From Muribaculaceae bacterium (lineage in GTDB: Bacteria; Bacteroidota; Bacteroidia; Bacteroidales; Muribaculaceae), in contig JAIDTO010000261.1 of NCBI GenBank assembly GCA_029060625.1, positions 1 to 60,885 of the forward strand: 60,885 nt of DNA, given 5' to 3'. A program made the position numbers and the translations under genes. The stretch's first letter is position 1; each line of letters begins with the position of its first letter. Shown here one piece after another: positions 29,069-39,865 of the stretch. The notes below the pieces were generated by a model. It made no database searches. It was not told where the DNA came from and saw nothing but the letters and a program-made list of their open reading frames with translations.

Positions 29069-29953
29069 TTATGTTAGATTGGCAAGACAGTGTTTTAGAG
29101 AATCTGTCCAGTAAGGGATTGGAGTCTGGAATGTAGTCTTGAATTTTGTCTTGTCAAGCACTGAATAAGATGGGCGAGTCACAGGAGATGGAAATTCATC
29201 ACTATGGCATGGCTGAATGTCGCAGTCTTTGTTGCCGGCTATTTCAGCAATCATTTTAGTGAAGTCATACCAAGAGCAAACGCCTTCGTTGGAATAATGA
29301 TATATACCCTCGTTCCCTTCCATCTTGCCATTTTCAATGATGTCAAAAATTGCATCCGCGAGATCTTGGGCATATGTAGGAGTGCCGACTTGATCAAAGA
29401 CTACGTTTAGCTTCGGCCGAGTGGCAGTGAGTTCTTTCATTGTCTTCACAAAGTTCTTTCCATATTCTGAATATAGCCAGGCAGTGCGGAAAATCAGTGC
29501 CTTTACTCCGGATTCATCTATCTGTTCCTCTCCGTGGAGTTTTGTCACTCCATAGACTCCGGTTGGATTTGTAGGTTCGCTTTCTGTGCGTGGAGTGTTA
29601 CCTTGCGATCCACCAAATACGTAGTCGGTGGAAATATGAATAAGAGTTCCATCATTGGCTTTGACAGCCTCAGCGAGATTCCTTACTGCTTTTGCATTGA
29701 GGAGCTCAGCGAAGTCTGCATCACTTTCCGCTTTGTCTACATTTGTATAGGCAGCGCAATTTACGATGACATTTATGTCCTGGTCTTTGACTGCTTTTTT
29801 CACAGCCTCTGCATTTGTAATGTCGAGTTCGGCTACGTCCGTGAATAAGTATGAATTTTTCGTCTTGCGTCTTGCGTCTTTCGTTGCGTTGCTGACTGCG
29901 TTGCGTATGCAATTGCCTAATTGTCCGTTGGCTCCGGTAACGAGTATGTTCAT
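29069..29953 (-). CDS. rfbD: dTDP-4-dehydrorhamnose reductase
   Basis: MNILVTGANGQLG, NCAAYT.VD.AE, ISTDYVF, YG.TKL.GE, DQ.G.PT; start ATG at 29953. Confidence 0.95.
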   Translation of the reverse strand: MNILVTGANGQLGNCIRNAVSNATKDARRKTKNSYLFTDVAELDITNAEAVKKAVKDQDINVIVNCAAYTNVDKAESDADFAELLNAKAVRNLAEAVKANDGTLIHISTDYVFGGSQGNTPRTESEPTNPTGVYGVTKLHGEEQIDESGVKALIFRTAWLYSEYGKNFVKTMKELTATRPKLNVVFDQVGTPTYAQDLADAIFDIIENGKMEGNEGIYHYSNEGVCSWYDFTKMIAEIAGNKDCDIQPCHSDEFPSPVTRPSYSVLDKTKFKTTFQTPIPYWTDSLKHCLANLT

Positions 29954-29954
29954 T

Positions 29955-30512
29955 TTATTTAAATATAAAAGGAGAATCAAAATCTTTAAGCAAGGGATGC
30001 TTCAAATCCTTATCTGATAGAATAGCATTGGCTGGATTGATATGCCAATCTATATCCAAGTTCTTATCTAAAATAGATAATCCCCCTTCTGCTTCCGGAT
30101 GATAGTAATTGTCACATTTGTATTGAAACACAGCAACATCGCTCAATACTGAGAATCCATGAGCAAATCCATGAGGGATGAAGAATAGTAAATGATTTGT
30201 GTCTGAGAGTTCCACTGCTATGTGGCGTCCGTAGGTTGGTGAGCCTTTGCGGATATCTACGGCAACGTCAAGCACACTGCCTTTGACGCATCTGACAAGT
30301 TTTGCCTGGCAGAAAGGTTGGCGCTGGAAATGAAGCCCCCTGATGACACCATATGACGAACAGGATTCATTATCCTGAACGAAATCAACATGAGCCACTT
30401 CCTTATCGAAGAGCTTTTTTGAGTAGGATTCGAAAAAATATCCTCTTGAGTCGGTGAAAACTCGTGGCTTCAGGATCTTGGGTCCTTCAATCTCAGTGTC
30501 TATTATTTCCAT
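29955..30512 (-). CDS. rfbC: dTDP-4-dehydrorhamnose 3,5-epimerase
   Basis: D.RGYF.E, FVQDNES.S..GV.RGLHFQ, QAKLVRC..G...DVAVDIR, GFAHGF. Confidence 0.96.
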   Translation of the reverse strand: MEIIDTEIEGPKILKPRVFTDSRGYFFESYSKKLFDKEVAHVDFVQDNESCSSYGVIRGLHFQRQPFCQAKLVRCVKGSVLDVAVDIRKGSPTYGRHIAVELSDTNHLLFFIPHGFAHGFSVLSDVAVFQYKCDNYYHPEAEGGLSILDKNLDIDWHINPANAILSDKDLKHPLLKDFDSPFIFK

Positions 30513-31383
30513 CTTCAGCAATCTTCATTAGGTATTGTCCATATTGATTTTTAAGCATTGGCTTTGCTATTTCCTCAAGTTTTTCTTTCGAGATCCAACC
30601 TTGTCCATATGCAATGCCTTCAAGACAAGCAATTTTCAATCCTTGTCTCTTTTCAAGCACTTCCACATATATAGAGGCTTCAGCCAAGGAATCATGGGTT
30701 CCGGTGTCGAGCCATGCGAAGCCCCTCGGAAGAGTCCTGACTTTGAGTTCACCGTCTTTGAGAAATTCCTGATTTACGGTAGTTATCTCAAGTTCTCCGC
30801 GGGCTGATGGCCTGATATTCTCAGCTACTTTCACCACTTTGTTGGGATAGAAATAGAGTCCCACCACTGCATAGTTGCTTTTAGGATGGGATGGCTTTTC
30901 TTCGATTGAAAGACATCTTCCTTCCTTGTCGAATTCAGCCACTCCATAGCGTTCGGGATCATTGACCCAATATCCGAATACTGTCGCTTTCCTGTTTTTC
31001 TCGGCGTCTTTTACAGCTTCCTTAAGCACTGGTGAGAAATCCGGTCCATGGAATATGTTGTCGCCCAGTACGAGGCAGACCGAATCATCGCCTATAAAGT
31101 CCTTGCCGATTATGAAAGCCTGCGCAAGTCCGTCGGGTGAAGGTTGTTCGGCGTATGAAAATTTAACTCCATAGTCAGAGCCGTCTCCGAGCAGCCTCTT
31201 GAATCCCGGAAGGTCCAGTGGAGTCGATATGATGAGTATATCCCGTATGCCGCCCTGCATGAGGGTGGAGATAGGATAATAAACCATCGGTTTGTCGAAT
31301 ATAGGGAGCAATTGCTTGCTTATTCCCTTAGTGATAGGATATAGTCGTGTGCCTGAACCTCCTGCTAATACTATGCCTTTCAT
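30493..31383 (-). CDS. rfbA: Glucose-1-phosphate thymidylyltransferase
   Basis: [17 protein letters not shown]...[31 protein letters not shown]. Confidence 0.97.
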   Translation of the reverse strand: MKGIVLAGGSGTRLYPITKGISKQLLPIFDKPMVYYPISTLMQGGIRDILIISTPLDLPGFKRLLGDGSDYGVKFSYAEQPSPDGLAQAFIIGKDFIGDDSVCLVLGDNIFHGPDFSPVLKEAVKDAEKNRKATVFGYWVNDPERYGVAEFDKEGRCLSIEEKPSHPKSNYAVVGLYFYPNKVVKVAENIRPSARGELEITTVNQEFLKDGELKVRTLPRGFAWLDTGTHDSLAEASIYVEVLEKRQGLKIACLEGIAYGQGWISKEKLEEIAKPMLKNQYGQYLMKIAEDGNNRH

Positions 31384-31399
31384 ACGATATTTCTTAAAT

Positions 31400-32518
31400 T
31401 TATATGGGGCTTGTCAGACAGGCAAGCATGTTTTCTTCGAATTTTCGAAGGGTGAAGTTCGAAATGAATTTTTCGTTTGCCTTTCTTCCAAGTTCATCTC
31501 GTCTTTGAGGAGAATCAAGCAATTGTGAAATAGCATTTGCAAGAATCACAGGATCTTTTGGAGGCACAATTATGCCGGTCTCATCATTGTCGATAATATC
31601 AGGAATCCCACCTTCATTGGAGCAGACTATGGGTAAAGAATGTTGCATGGCTTCAAGAATCACTAACGGAAAGCAATCGTCATATGAAGGAAATACAAAA
31701 ATATCGGCATTTGAAAACTCTTTGTTTTTCTCATCTCCGTATTTTTTACCTACATATACAACCATCTCTTCAATATCTCTTGACGTAGTCTCATTGATAA
31801 ATCGATTTTTATCTATTTCTGCTGTCTCCCCGCCTACAAATCTACATTCAAATTTATATCCTCGATCTTTGAGAATTCGGCATGCATCGAACACAGTGAT
31901 GACTCCTTTCGATTCCATAAGATTGGATAAGAAAAGTATTACAGAAGTATGGCTATTTTTTGTCGTTGTCTCGCTATGTGGAATATCGAAGGGAATACCG
32001 TTTGGACACACCATAACTTGCTCTTTGCTGACAATTTCTTGAATATCAGGATATAGATGCTGTGAAAGCAAGACTACTTTTGAGCCTCCATATACTAATC
32101 TCAGTAGCCATCTATACAACGGACGGTTTACATCTGAAGACATCCCTTTATTGTGTTGATGTAGAATTACTTTTCTTCCGAACATCTTACATGCCAACAC
32201 AAAGGGAGCATCTTTTAAAAATCCAGAGCCGTGACATGTTATGGCAATATAGCATCGATCATATTTATTTCTTAGTAGAAATCCAAATGTTTTCAGGTAT
32301 GATGAAGCAAAGCGAAATATTTTTTTTATTGATCGTTGTCCGATTTCTTCCATACTTCTGGAAGTCGAGAGATTTACCCAGTCGAGTTGAAATCTTTCGT
32401 TGATATATTCGGAATCTTTTAGACGCATAGTCATCATTGATGATCCATGTACAGGAGGTGGCAGAGGACCAATGCAAAGAATTCGAGGTCTGTTGTCTAT
32501 TTTTTTCCCTTTTCTCAT
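31400..32518 (-). CDS. GT4-family glycosyltransferase
   Basis: [33 protein letters not shown]...P.V...GGIPDI; likely ATG at 32518 overlapping the upstream stop. Confidence 0.88.
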   Translation of the reverse strand: MRKGKKIDNRPRILCIGPLPPPVHGSSMMTMRLKDSEYINERFQLDWVNLSTSRSMEEIGQRSIKKIFRFASSYLKTFGFLLRNKYDRCYIAITCHGSGFLKDAPFVLACKMFGRKVILHQHNKGMSSDVNRPLYRWLLRLVYGGSKVVLLSQHLYPDIQEIVSKEQVMVCPNGIPFDIPHSETTTKNSHTSVILFLSNLMESKGVITVFDACRILKDRGYKFECRFVGGETAEIDKNRFINETTSRDIEEMVVYVGKKYGDEKNKEFSNADIFVFPSYDDCFPLVILEAMQHSLPIVCSNEGGIPDIIDNDETGIIVPPKDPVILANAISQLLDSPQRRDELGRKANEKFISNFTLRKFEENMLACLTSPI

Positions 32519-33402
32519 GTCAGTGCATACATTATTTTTGAAAATACCCGAATAGGAATAGAATGATATTTGAGCGCTGACTTGTGGATATGTCGATCTA
32601 TGACAATCTTCGTGGGCATTAGAAATTTTTCTTTGCTCGATGACATAAGTTCGTACTTGAATCGGCTCCATCGGCGACAGTTGGTGCCGGATCCGTCAAA
32701 TCCATTATTGATCACAAGACTCTTTGTCGGGAACAAAGAAATTTTATCTTGGATAAACTGATTGAAACAAAATCGTATTGCCCACGACTTGTTTTTCCCA
32801 TCCCTGCAGTCGGCAAGCATATTGAAGCAATCCGATCCACCCCATTTATTGAATTTGTGGGCAAGTTTCTTCCATTCATCCCAGAGGTCGAAGGTCCAAT
32901 CGACGCTCTGCCAGCGGTCGGCCCACGTAGCCCATCCCCATGAACTTGAACGTGTAGAGAAATATGCGTCAAAAGGATAGTCTTTAGATATTGACACCTT
33001 GTTGGAATATCCACATATTGACCACACATTTTTATTATCACGATAGGTTTTCAGTCCTTCGTTTATAAAATTCAAAAAATTAGGTTGCACTATGAGGTCA
33101 TCCTCAAGAACAATAGCTGTTCCGTGGCGCTCTATTACTTGCGACACTCCCGAGATAATCGAGGGACCAAGTCCACGATTAATGTCGGAAAACTTAAGAG
33201 TTATCGTCTTGAATCCTTTAATAGATTCGGAGTATTTTCTAACAGAAGCAACCGTTTCTGCTTCTCCTTCTCGTCCTTCCCTGGGCCCGTCGACAAAAAT
33301 ATACAGATCACTATCTTTTGCTTCCGGGTTTGTAAGAAGCGACTCAATAGTAGCTGTAAATGGCACAAGCCTATTGAATGCGAATACTATAATCGGACTC
33401 AT
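32515..33402 (-). CDS. GT-A/GT2-like glycosyltransferase
   Basis: PIIVFAFNR, L.IF.DG, N.GL..SII.GV, IVLEDD, SWGWATW. Confidence 0.85.
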   Translation of the reverse strand: MSPIIVFAFNRLVPFTATIESLLTNPEAKDSDLYIFVDGPREGREGEAETVASVRKYSESIKGFKTITLKFSDINRGLGPSIISGVSQVIERHGTAIVLEDDLIVQPNFLNFINEGLKTYRDNKNVWSICGYSNKVSISKDYPFDAYFSTRSSSWGWATWADRWQSVDWTFDLWDEWKKLAHKFNKWGGSDCFNMLADCRDGKNKSWAIRFCFNQFIQDKISLFPTKSLVINNGFDGSGTNCRRWSRFKYELMSSSKEKFLMPTKIVIDRHIHKSALKYHSIPIRVFSKIMYALT

Positions 33403-33405
33403 AAT

Positions 33406-34512
33406 TTATTCCTTGAATTTTTCGATAGCCTTTCGCAATGCTGTGATATAGCCTCTTCCATGAGTCAGATCCGGCTCCATATAGTTACCTTCACCCCATT
33501 CGTTCCACGATTTAAGAAATACTATCTGGCGGTCGGCAGGTTTATCTTTCACCACATTCAGAGCATCCAAAGCATGCATATAGAAATATTCAGGATTAGA
33601 ATTGTAGAGTATCATGCCGTTTCGTCCCGAGCGGGGGGAATGATCCCATTGTGGTATTATCATGGGAGCTACATCTTTACCTTTTTCTTTATTAGTTATA
33701 AAATTATGGTATACTTCTTTATAGTCCATTGCATAAGGAGTCACACCACGGATAAGGCCATGCATATATTTTTTAGCGTGTTTAACCACCTTGCCGATCT
33801 TACCCATCTTCTTGAGAACTGGACTTAACTCTTTATCGAGTCTTTGATACATCACCATATCAAACCCTTTGGCAATGAATTGATCCTTATCCATTTCTGG
33901 ACGTCCGAGGTAGCATACTGTGAAAATTCCGTCAAATCCAGATTCTTTCGCCATCTCTTGGAAGCGATCTAAATAAAACTTAGGAAGACTTATGGGATCA
34001 TATACCACAAGAAGTGGCTTATTACCAATTTTTATATATCGGGCATCCTTGAAAGCTTTCAAGAGATATGTGAAATGCATAAGTATATCTTCCTCCCCCG
34101 GATAAGTTTGCTCCATAAGAAGTTTGTTGGAGGAAGTTCCATCGCTATTCCATTGTTTTGAATACCAGCTGTGGTTTGCCCATCCGAGACAGAATGGGAA
34201 ATCCGGTTTTCCACTTTCGAGTACGGCATCGAATATGTCAGCCATAAGTCGTTTGCCGTTGCCAAACCAATAGTGCCAGTACATGAATCCTGTTAATCCC
34301 GCCTCTTTAGCAAGTTGAGCTTGAGCCTCTCTGACGTCTGAATCCTTGAGGTTGTAGTAACCGAGTTCGGTTGGAACCCGTGGTTGGTCGTGGCCTTTAA
34401 AATAGGATTTGGCTTTTCCTACATTGGTCCATTCTGTGAACCCTTTGCCCCACCATTCGTCATTTTCTTTAAATGTGTGAAATTGAGGTAGATAGAAAGC
34501 TATGATTTTCAT
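33406..34512 (-). CDS. WbsX-family glycosyltransferase (GH99-like fold)
   Basis: IAFYLPQFH...END.WWG.GFTEWTNV, LGYY.L, WANH.W, WD.SPR, KSWNEW.EG.Y.EPD. Confidence 0.88.
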   Translation of the reverse strand: MKIIAFYLPQFHTFKENDEWWGKGFTEWTNVGKAKSYFKGHDQPRVPTELGYYNLKDSDVREAQAQLAKEAGLTGFMYWHYWFGNGKRLMADIFDAVLESGKPDFPFCLGWANHSWYSKQWNSDGTSSNKLLMEQTYPGEEDILMHFTYLLKAFKDARYIKIGNKPLLVVYDPISLPKFYLDRFQEMAKESGFDGIFTVCYLGRPEMDKDQFIAKGFDMVMYQRLDKELSPVLKKMGKIGKVVKHAKKYMHGLIRGVTPYAMDYKEVYHNFITNKEKGKDVAPMIIPQWDHSPRSGRNGMILYNSNPEYFYMHALDALNVVKDKPADRQIVFLKSWNEWGEGNYMEPDLTHGRGYITALRKAIEKFKE

Positions 34513-35708
34513 GTATTACTTGTTTGTCCTTTTTTCTCAAGTATACTATTGTAGAAATCGATGACCTTTTCACCAAAATTGTCATCTGTGAAAAATTCCC
34601 TTACAGCAATTTGAGACCTTTCAATCATCTGTATATATTCGCTTTCAGGTGAAAAAGCGTTGCCGTTTTTCACCGTTGTAGTTATGTTATGTAGGATTTC
34701 CTTCAACTGATTCTTATTTTCATATGAAAGTGCTATGGGCTTGCCTGTCAATTGCTTGCCATTTTCAAGTTGTTCTTTCGTCCCTCCTGTGTATTTTGCG
34801 ACGCATAGAGATCCATTTGTCATTGCTTCTGGCATGACACGACCAAGACCTTCAAATCTTGAAGGAATTATCGTCGCAGTTGTGTTATACATATAATTAT
34901 CTAAATCACCACGCTCTCCTAACCAATTTACTTTAGAGTCCAGCCCATTTTCTTTCACAATTAACTTTAATCGATTAAAATAAGACTCATTTGTAGCTTC
35001 ACCACATACATAGAGCGGAAATGGATTTTCAATTGAGTTTGCATACTCAACATACGCCTCAAGTAAGTCTTCGATTCCCTTTCCGCTATCAATTCGGCCT
35101 GCGTATAGAAACCATCTCTTTTTGTCTGGATTTATCCTAAAATCGGCGTTTTCAACGATGCCATCATATATTTGCGTTGATCTTGGGTTTGAATCTAGGC
35201 CGAGATGTCGCCTTATATCTTTTGTTATTGAAATGCTAAAGACATTTTTATTTCTAAGTCGACATTTCCTGTCAGGAATTATCATTTTGAAATCAAGATA
35301 TCCATATTCACGAATATGCATTATATCAGGCACTCCAATAGATTTTGATATGTGATATCCTATATTAATGGTGGAAGTATTTTCATGTATTATATCAGGT
35401 GAAACTTCTTTGGCTATTCGTTTTAAGCATGCCTTGCCCCGTTGGTTTATATATGAATAATAAACAAGACGAGGAATCCATTTTATTATATCAGATATTG
35501 TCTTGAATGAAGGAAGATAAACGGCTTTAAAGCGCACTACATGAACTTTGATTCCGTTCTCTCTCAGCCACTTCGTAAGACCCTTTTCATCAGGACAAAC
35601 TACCTCAACCTCTACATCATGTTTAAGCATTTGGGTGAGCATTAAAGTTAGGCTCTTTGTGGCACCTCCTGCCATTGCTGTAGAACTTGCTATATAGAGA
35701 ACTTTCAT
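34509..35708 (-). CDS. GT4-family glycosyltransferase
   Basis: GGA..SL, HIRE, AGRI...KG..DLL.A, PS.FEGLGRV..EAM. Confidence 0.85.
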   Translation of the reverse strand: MKVLYIASSTAMAGGATKSLTLMLTQMLKHDVEVEVVCPDEKGLTKWLRENGIKVHVVRFKAVYLPSFKTISDIIKWIPRLVYYSYINQRGKACLKRIAKEVSPDIIHENTSTINIGYHISKSIGVPDIMHIREYGYLDFKMIIPDRKCRLRNKNVFSISITKDIRRHLGLDSNPRSTQIYDGIVENADFRINPDKKRWFLYAGRIDSGKGIEDLLEAYVEYANSIENPFPLYVCGEATNESYFNRLKLIVKENGLDSKVNWLGERGDLDNYMYNTTATIIPSRFEGLGRVMPEAMTNGSLCVAKYTGGTKEQLENGKQLTGKPIALSYENKNQLKEILHNITTTVKNGNAFSPESEYIQMIERSQIAVREFFTDDNFGEKVIDFYNSILEKKGQTSNT

Positions 35709-35711
35709 TAC

Positions 35712-36899
35712 CTAATATAAATAACTTGAATTGAGTAGGCTTTGGTCAGATAACTGCTTGGATAATCCGGATGTGCTGTTAATATTAATACCTAACACAT
35801 ATGGAAAGATCCATGCATACCATCCAGGATAAGCATTCTGCATAAAACATAAGATAATCATAAGCAGAAATGCAAATGTGAAATGCCAATTAGGCTTCGT
35901 TGGAATAAGAGAAAGATATAACGCCAATACCAGTATCGCTCCTATCAGTCCGTGCCACAGTAAATATATTTTAAATCCGGCCCCTCCGATAAGCTTCATA
36001 TTAGTCTTACCGTTGACTCCAGTCAAATAATTACCGTTCTTAAGTGCTTTTTGGAATTCAAAGTCAGTGTTGTCGAAAAATCTATTATTACCCTGAATGC
36101 CTTTCTTTTGGTCGAATTTAAGGCGCTCTATGATAAGAGTATTAATTACATTATTACCACCTGCGAAATTTATTGATCCCACCACAAAAATTCCTATTAG
36201 AGAAGCTATTACAATTCCTTTCGTCAAGCTATTTATTTTCAGCATTATGAACCCTATAAGTGTCAATAAGTATCCCGCAAGTGAAAATGAAAAAACAACA
36301 GCGGTCAATATCACCCACATCCATGGATTTTTCTTGAAATCAAAGCGGTTTGCCATCATAAGAAACACACACACCATCGATAAATGTCCTGGTTCGGGAA
36401 AAAATGCATTGAAACGTTCTATTATTAAGGAATAATCAAAAGAGTCCTTAATATAAAATATATAATTGTAGAACGGTTCATAGCCTTCCATGACAAATGT
36501 CCCTAAGGGTGCTGGATTCATAAAGAGTGTGACCCAGTATATTAACAAAGAAGGGATAAGCAAGACAGCTAACCATTTAGTGACAAATTTCAAAAGATCT
36601 AATTGGTATTCATGAGGCAAGGCAATAAGATAAAATACAGGAATATACTGAACCAGAAAGCCCATTCCCATTCCAATATTTTCATTATATACGGTCCATA
36701 TCAGAAGAGCGGTCAATGCAAGTAGGATTCTTCCTATATATCTGTCAAAACCGAATTTTATTTTTAGAGTGAGGAGACAGGAAAACATAGCAATATCCAT
36801 AACTGCCATAATAAAGAGCACTGGAATATTCGCTGTCACCCAACAATAAGCTGAACTTAAGACGGTGATTAGATTAAGTATTTTGAATATGTTCCACAT
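35712..36899 (-). CDS. wzy: Probable O-antigen/capsule polymerase
   Basis: About 10 TM helices, RFNAFFPEPG and SFSLAGY motifs, located between the flippase and the glycosyltransferases. Confidence 0.65.
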   Translation of the reverse strand: MWNIFKILNLITVLSSAYCWVTANIPVLFIMAVMDIAMFSCLLTLKIKFGFDRYIGRILLALTALLIWTVYNENIGMGMGFLVQYIPVFYLIALPHEYQLDLLKFVTKWLAVLLIPSLLIYWVTLFMNPAPLGTFVMEGYEPFYNYIFYIKDSFDYSLIIERFNAFFPEPGHLSMVCVFLMMANRFDFKKNPWMWVILTAVVFSFSLAGYLLTLIGFIMLKINSLTKGIVIASLIGIFVVGSINFAGGNNVINTLIIERLKFDQKKGIQGNNRFFDNTDFEFQKALKNGNYLTGVNGKTNMKLIGGAGFKIYLLWHGLIGAILVLALYLSLIPTKPNWHFTFAFLLMIILCFMQNAYPGWYAWIFPYVLGININSTSGLSKQLSDQSLLNSSYLY

Positions 36900-36930
36900 G
36901 GACGTTTGCTGATAATAAGATACTGATTAT

Positions 36931-38469
36931 TTAATGTTTGAAGTGTGGCAGTTTGTTCCTCACTAATTCCATAATCATAGAGCGGTCTGATTTATCAAGA
37001 CCAATAATGACTACTATGGTGAGTCCAATAATAGCTGCTATCAAGGTTTTAAAAATCAGTGTGATCCATATTCCATGAAAATGCCATTCCGTCACCACCC
37101 AATAAAGTGGCAGACCAATTACAGCCACTTTCAAAATAGGAATAAGGACTTTTTTATAATACCTCGTATACGATAGGTCAACTTGCTCATGTGCAATATA
37201 AACCCTTATAACCTGTGCCATAGCCATTAGAATGATGAGGACAATCAGCGACATCAAAGGGGATGCACCACACCATAGCACAACCGCTGCGATTGGTATA
37301 TATGAGAGGGTGACTGCTCCAACCCATATTTGATATCTTTTCATATTTCCGGTGGCCTGTATGATGCTGGTGATGGGAGGTTCAAGAGTGAGGACAAGGC
37401 AATATATGAGAATAAGCTTGGAGAAAGCTACCATATATGGCGTCTTAGAGTCATCTCCCAACCAAAACTCAAGGATTGAGTTCATATTGCATAGCAGTGG
37501 GAATGCAAGTACAAAGATGAGCATGAAAGAAATTTTCGAACTCATCAACACAAGATTTATTGCCCGATCATAGTTTTCCGCTGCATATGACTTTACCATT
37601 TGTGGGCTGATTGCCAAATATAAGTTGACTGAAAACCCATTTATTACATTTCTTATCCTATCTGCAATAGCTTTTGATGTGTTGACAATCGGACCGAAGA
37701 AAATATTAAGAAGGATATTTTGTCCTGCTGTTGTCATTAAAGCTGATACAGAGCCTAAAAGATTCCACCCTGTATATTTCGACAGATCCACAAATATTTT
37801 CCTGTTCCAATGCCATATATATCGACAATATTTGAATTTTGAATGGCAATAAGACATTTGCATCAAAAATACGCATATTGAAGTCAATGCGACCAGGGTT
37901 CCGTAGAGCAAGAGCCGGTCGCCTGAATGGTGTATCAACCATAACGCAATACCGAGTTTGAGAATCCCTTCAACTATACTGAATATCGCGAAAGCATCCA
38001 TCCTCTCGTTGGCGATAATAGAAGACATATAAGGGATGGTTACAAACCCAATTGCGAAAGACAATAGCGATGCCTGGAACACCCAATAAGCGGCAGTGAC
38101 TCTATCCGGTGGAATTGTAAGCCAATCATCAATAAAAAATACTCCGATCACTTCCCCAAAAATGACAAGCAACATGGCAATCCCGATGAAACATATTAGC
38201 ATGAGAGAGAAGGTCATGCTGTATTTTTCATAATCGTTTGTGCCGAGATGGAAAGAAAGGAATCGTTGCGTGGCGGATGTCATCGCACCGGTAAAGATTG
38301 ATAAAGAAGCTACTACACTTGCTATTACGTCATATATACCGTAGTCGATCTGTCCTAAAGCCTCCAGGGTTATTCTTACGGTATATAAATTGATGAATGT
38401 CAAAAATATTAACCTGAAATAGAGAAGGCCGGTATTTTTGATGATTCGAGAATTGGCAGCTTTCATCAT
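36931..38469 (-). CDS. wzx: Oligosaccharide flippase (Wzx/MATE-like)
   Basis: RI.KNT..LY.R, LG..DYGIY, QRFLSF.LG, A.E.M, PQ..KSYA; 12-14 TM helices. Confidence 0.85.
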   Translation of the reverse strand: MMKAANSRIIKNTGLLYFRLIFLTFINLYTVRITLEALGQIDYGIYDVIASVVASLSIFTGAMTSATQRFLSFHLGTNDYEKYSMTFSLMLICFIGIAMLLVIFGEVIGVFFIDDWLTIPPDRVTAAYWVFQASLLSFAIGFVTIPYMSSIIANERMDAFAIFSIVEGILKLGIALWLIHHSGDRLLLYGTLVALTSICVFLMQMSYCHSKFKYCRYIWHWNRKIFVDLSKYTGWNLLGSVSALMTTAGQNILLNIFFGPIVNTSKAIADRIRNVINGFSVNLYLAISPQMVKSYAAENYDRAINLVLMSSKISFMLIFVLAFPLLCNMNSILEFWLGDDSKTPYMVAFSKLILIYCLVLTLEPPITSIIQATGNMKRYQIWVGAVTLSYIPIAAVVLWCGASPLMSLIVLIILMAMAQVIRVYIAHEQVDLSYTRYYKKVLIPILKVAVIGLPLYWVVTEWHFHGIWITLIFKTLIAAIIGLTIVVIIGLDKSDRSMIMELVRNKLPHFKH

Positions 38470-38668
38470 TTAACTAAAAGGCACACAGCTTCTTGTTGGA
38501 TGCCGTGTAGACATTCGACATTTTTATAACTCCTATGGAATAAAAGTATTTGATATTTAGAAAAATGAGAATTAATTATATGGGAATTTATGCTTCGATG
38601 CAGAATACATTCTCTCTTCCCGCGTCTCCTTTTAAATGGAGGCAGATAGCGTTTTTTTATATTGGAAA

Positions 38669-38676
38669 CAAAATTA
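38669..38676 (-). promoter_or_regulatory. -7 promoter element for the wzx operon
   Basis: TAATTTTG on the minus strand, about 200 nt upstream of wzx. Confidence 0.55.
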
Positions 38677-38791
38677 CAAAAAAAAATTGAGACCAAAAAA
38701 TTTTAGTATAAATTTTATTTTCTTTTTCTGTTAGTCCATATATTTTTGAAAAGTTTTACAAAAAATTTAAGGAATATTCGTTTTTTTGTAT

Positions 38792-38799
38792 TACCTTTG
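38792..38799 (+). promoter_or_regulatory. -7 promoter element for the WecB/TagA operon
   Basis: TACCTTTG followed by CACCCG, about 290 nt upstream of the ATG at 39087. Confidence 0.65.
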
Positions 38800-39086
38800 C
38801 ACCCGAATTTGGTTTCTCTTATCAAGAGATGCCGATAATTTATGGTTGAATAATACTTAAAGGTATTAATATTCAGTATTTTATTATTCAGTGTCCTCTC
38901 AGCAATTATCAAAAGTATGATATTGATTGGGTGAAGAAATGTATATTCAAATTCTATCAAGTTGTTCATATATTTCTTTTCGGTTTGATTCTGAAATCCA
39001 ATAAGTTGATGTTTCCGAATGTCGAATGTTGAATTGTAGGATTAGCTGTTTGCCAGCGACCTATAAGTATATGTCCCCCTTTTATT

Positions 39087-39839
39087 ATGGAAAGATTTGC
39101 AATTGGGAAATTTAAAGCGTCTATAACTGACCTTCCTAAAGCAATAGATTACATAAATAAATGCGTCATAGCTCAAAAGTTTAATTATATCTGTGTAAGC
39201 AATGCTCGGAGTGCGTATCAGTCTAATCAAGAACCGGATTATTGTGAAATTCAAAATAATTCATTGTTGACTGTCGCAGACGGACGCCCCATTTCTTGGA
39301 TTGCTCATAACCTAGGGTATAAGGAGGTCGGACAGATTGCCGGAATCGAGCTTTTTAACGGGCTGCTTAAAGAGTCTAAAAAATTTGGATACTCTCATTA
39401 TTTTTTTGGTAGCACTGATTCAACTCTTAAAATGATGAGTGAAAGGCTTGCCGCTGAATATCCGGATGCAAAGCTGATCAAAGTCTTTTCTCCACCTTTC
39501 CAGCCTTTGGAGCAATTTGGTGTCGACAGTCTGGCTGATGAATTAAATGATTTAAAACCCACTTTTTTTTGGGTTGGCCTTGGTGCTCCGAAACAGGAAC
39601 GTCTGATGGCTCTTCTTCAACCAAAACTCAAGCATACCATATGTATAGGAGTCGGGCTCGTATTTGAATATTATGCAGGCAACGTCAAAAGGGCTCCTAA
39701 ATGGATTAGAAAAATAGGGATGGAATGGCTGTTTAGGGATTTTCAGCAAAAGAGGAAAAGAATACCTCCATTTCATGTGATTTTCAAATGGACCATTAAG
39801 GAAATCTTATACTCTAAATTAAAAAAATCCACGTTCTAA
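39087..39839 (+). CDS. WecB/TagA/CpsF-family glycosyltransferase
   Basis: ADG.PI.W, G..LF, YFFGS, SPPF, WVGLGAPKQE, GVG..F...AG...RAP.W....G.EW. Confidence 0.92.
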   Translation: MERFAIGKFKASITDLPKAIDYINKCVIAQKFNYICVSNARSAYQSNQEPDYCEIQNNSLLTVADGRPISWIAHNLGYKEVGQIAGIELFNGLLKESKKFGYSHYFFGSTDSTLKMMSERLAAEYPDAKLIKVFSPPFQPLEQFGVDSLADELNDLKPTFFWVGLGAPKQERLMALLQPKLKHTICIGVGLVFEYYAGNVKRAPKWIRKIGMEWLFRDFQQKRKRIPPFHVIFKWTIKEILYSKLKKSTF

Positions 39840-39865
39840 TTCTGCATATTTGTAACTGATACTAA

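Larger units (their letters stand above)
38511..39029. repeat. Perfect 12-bp inverted repeat bracketing two divergent promoters
   Basis: ACATTCGACATT (38511-38522) and AATGTCGAATGT (39018-39029). Confidence 0.75.

Noticed and set aside
38466-38969. Small ORFs 38466-38696 and 38715-38969 in the divergent promoter region
   Set aside because: Low-complexity AT-rich translations overlapping promoter boxes; no NusG/UpxY motif.
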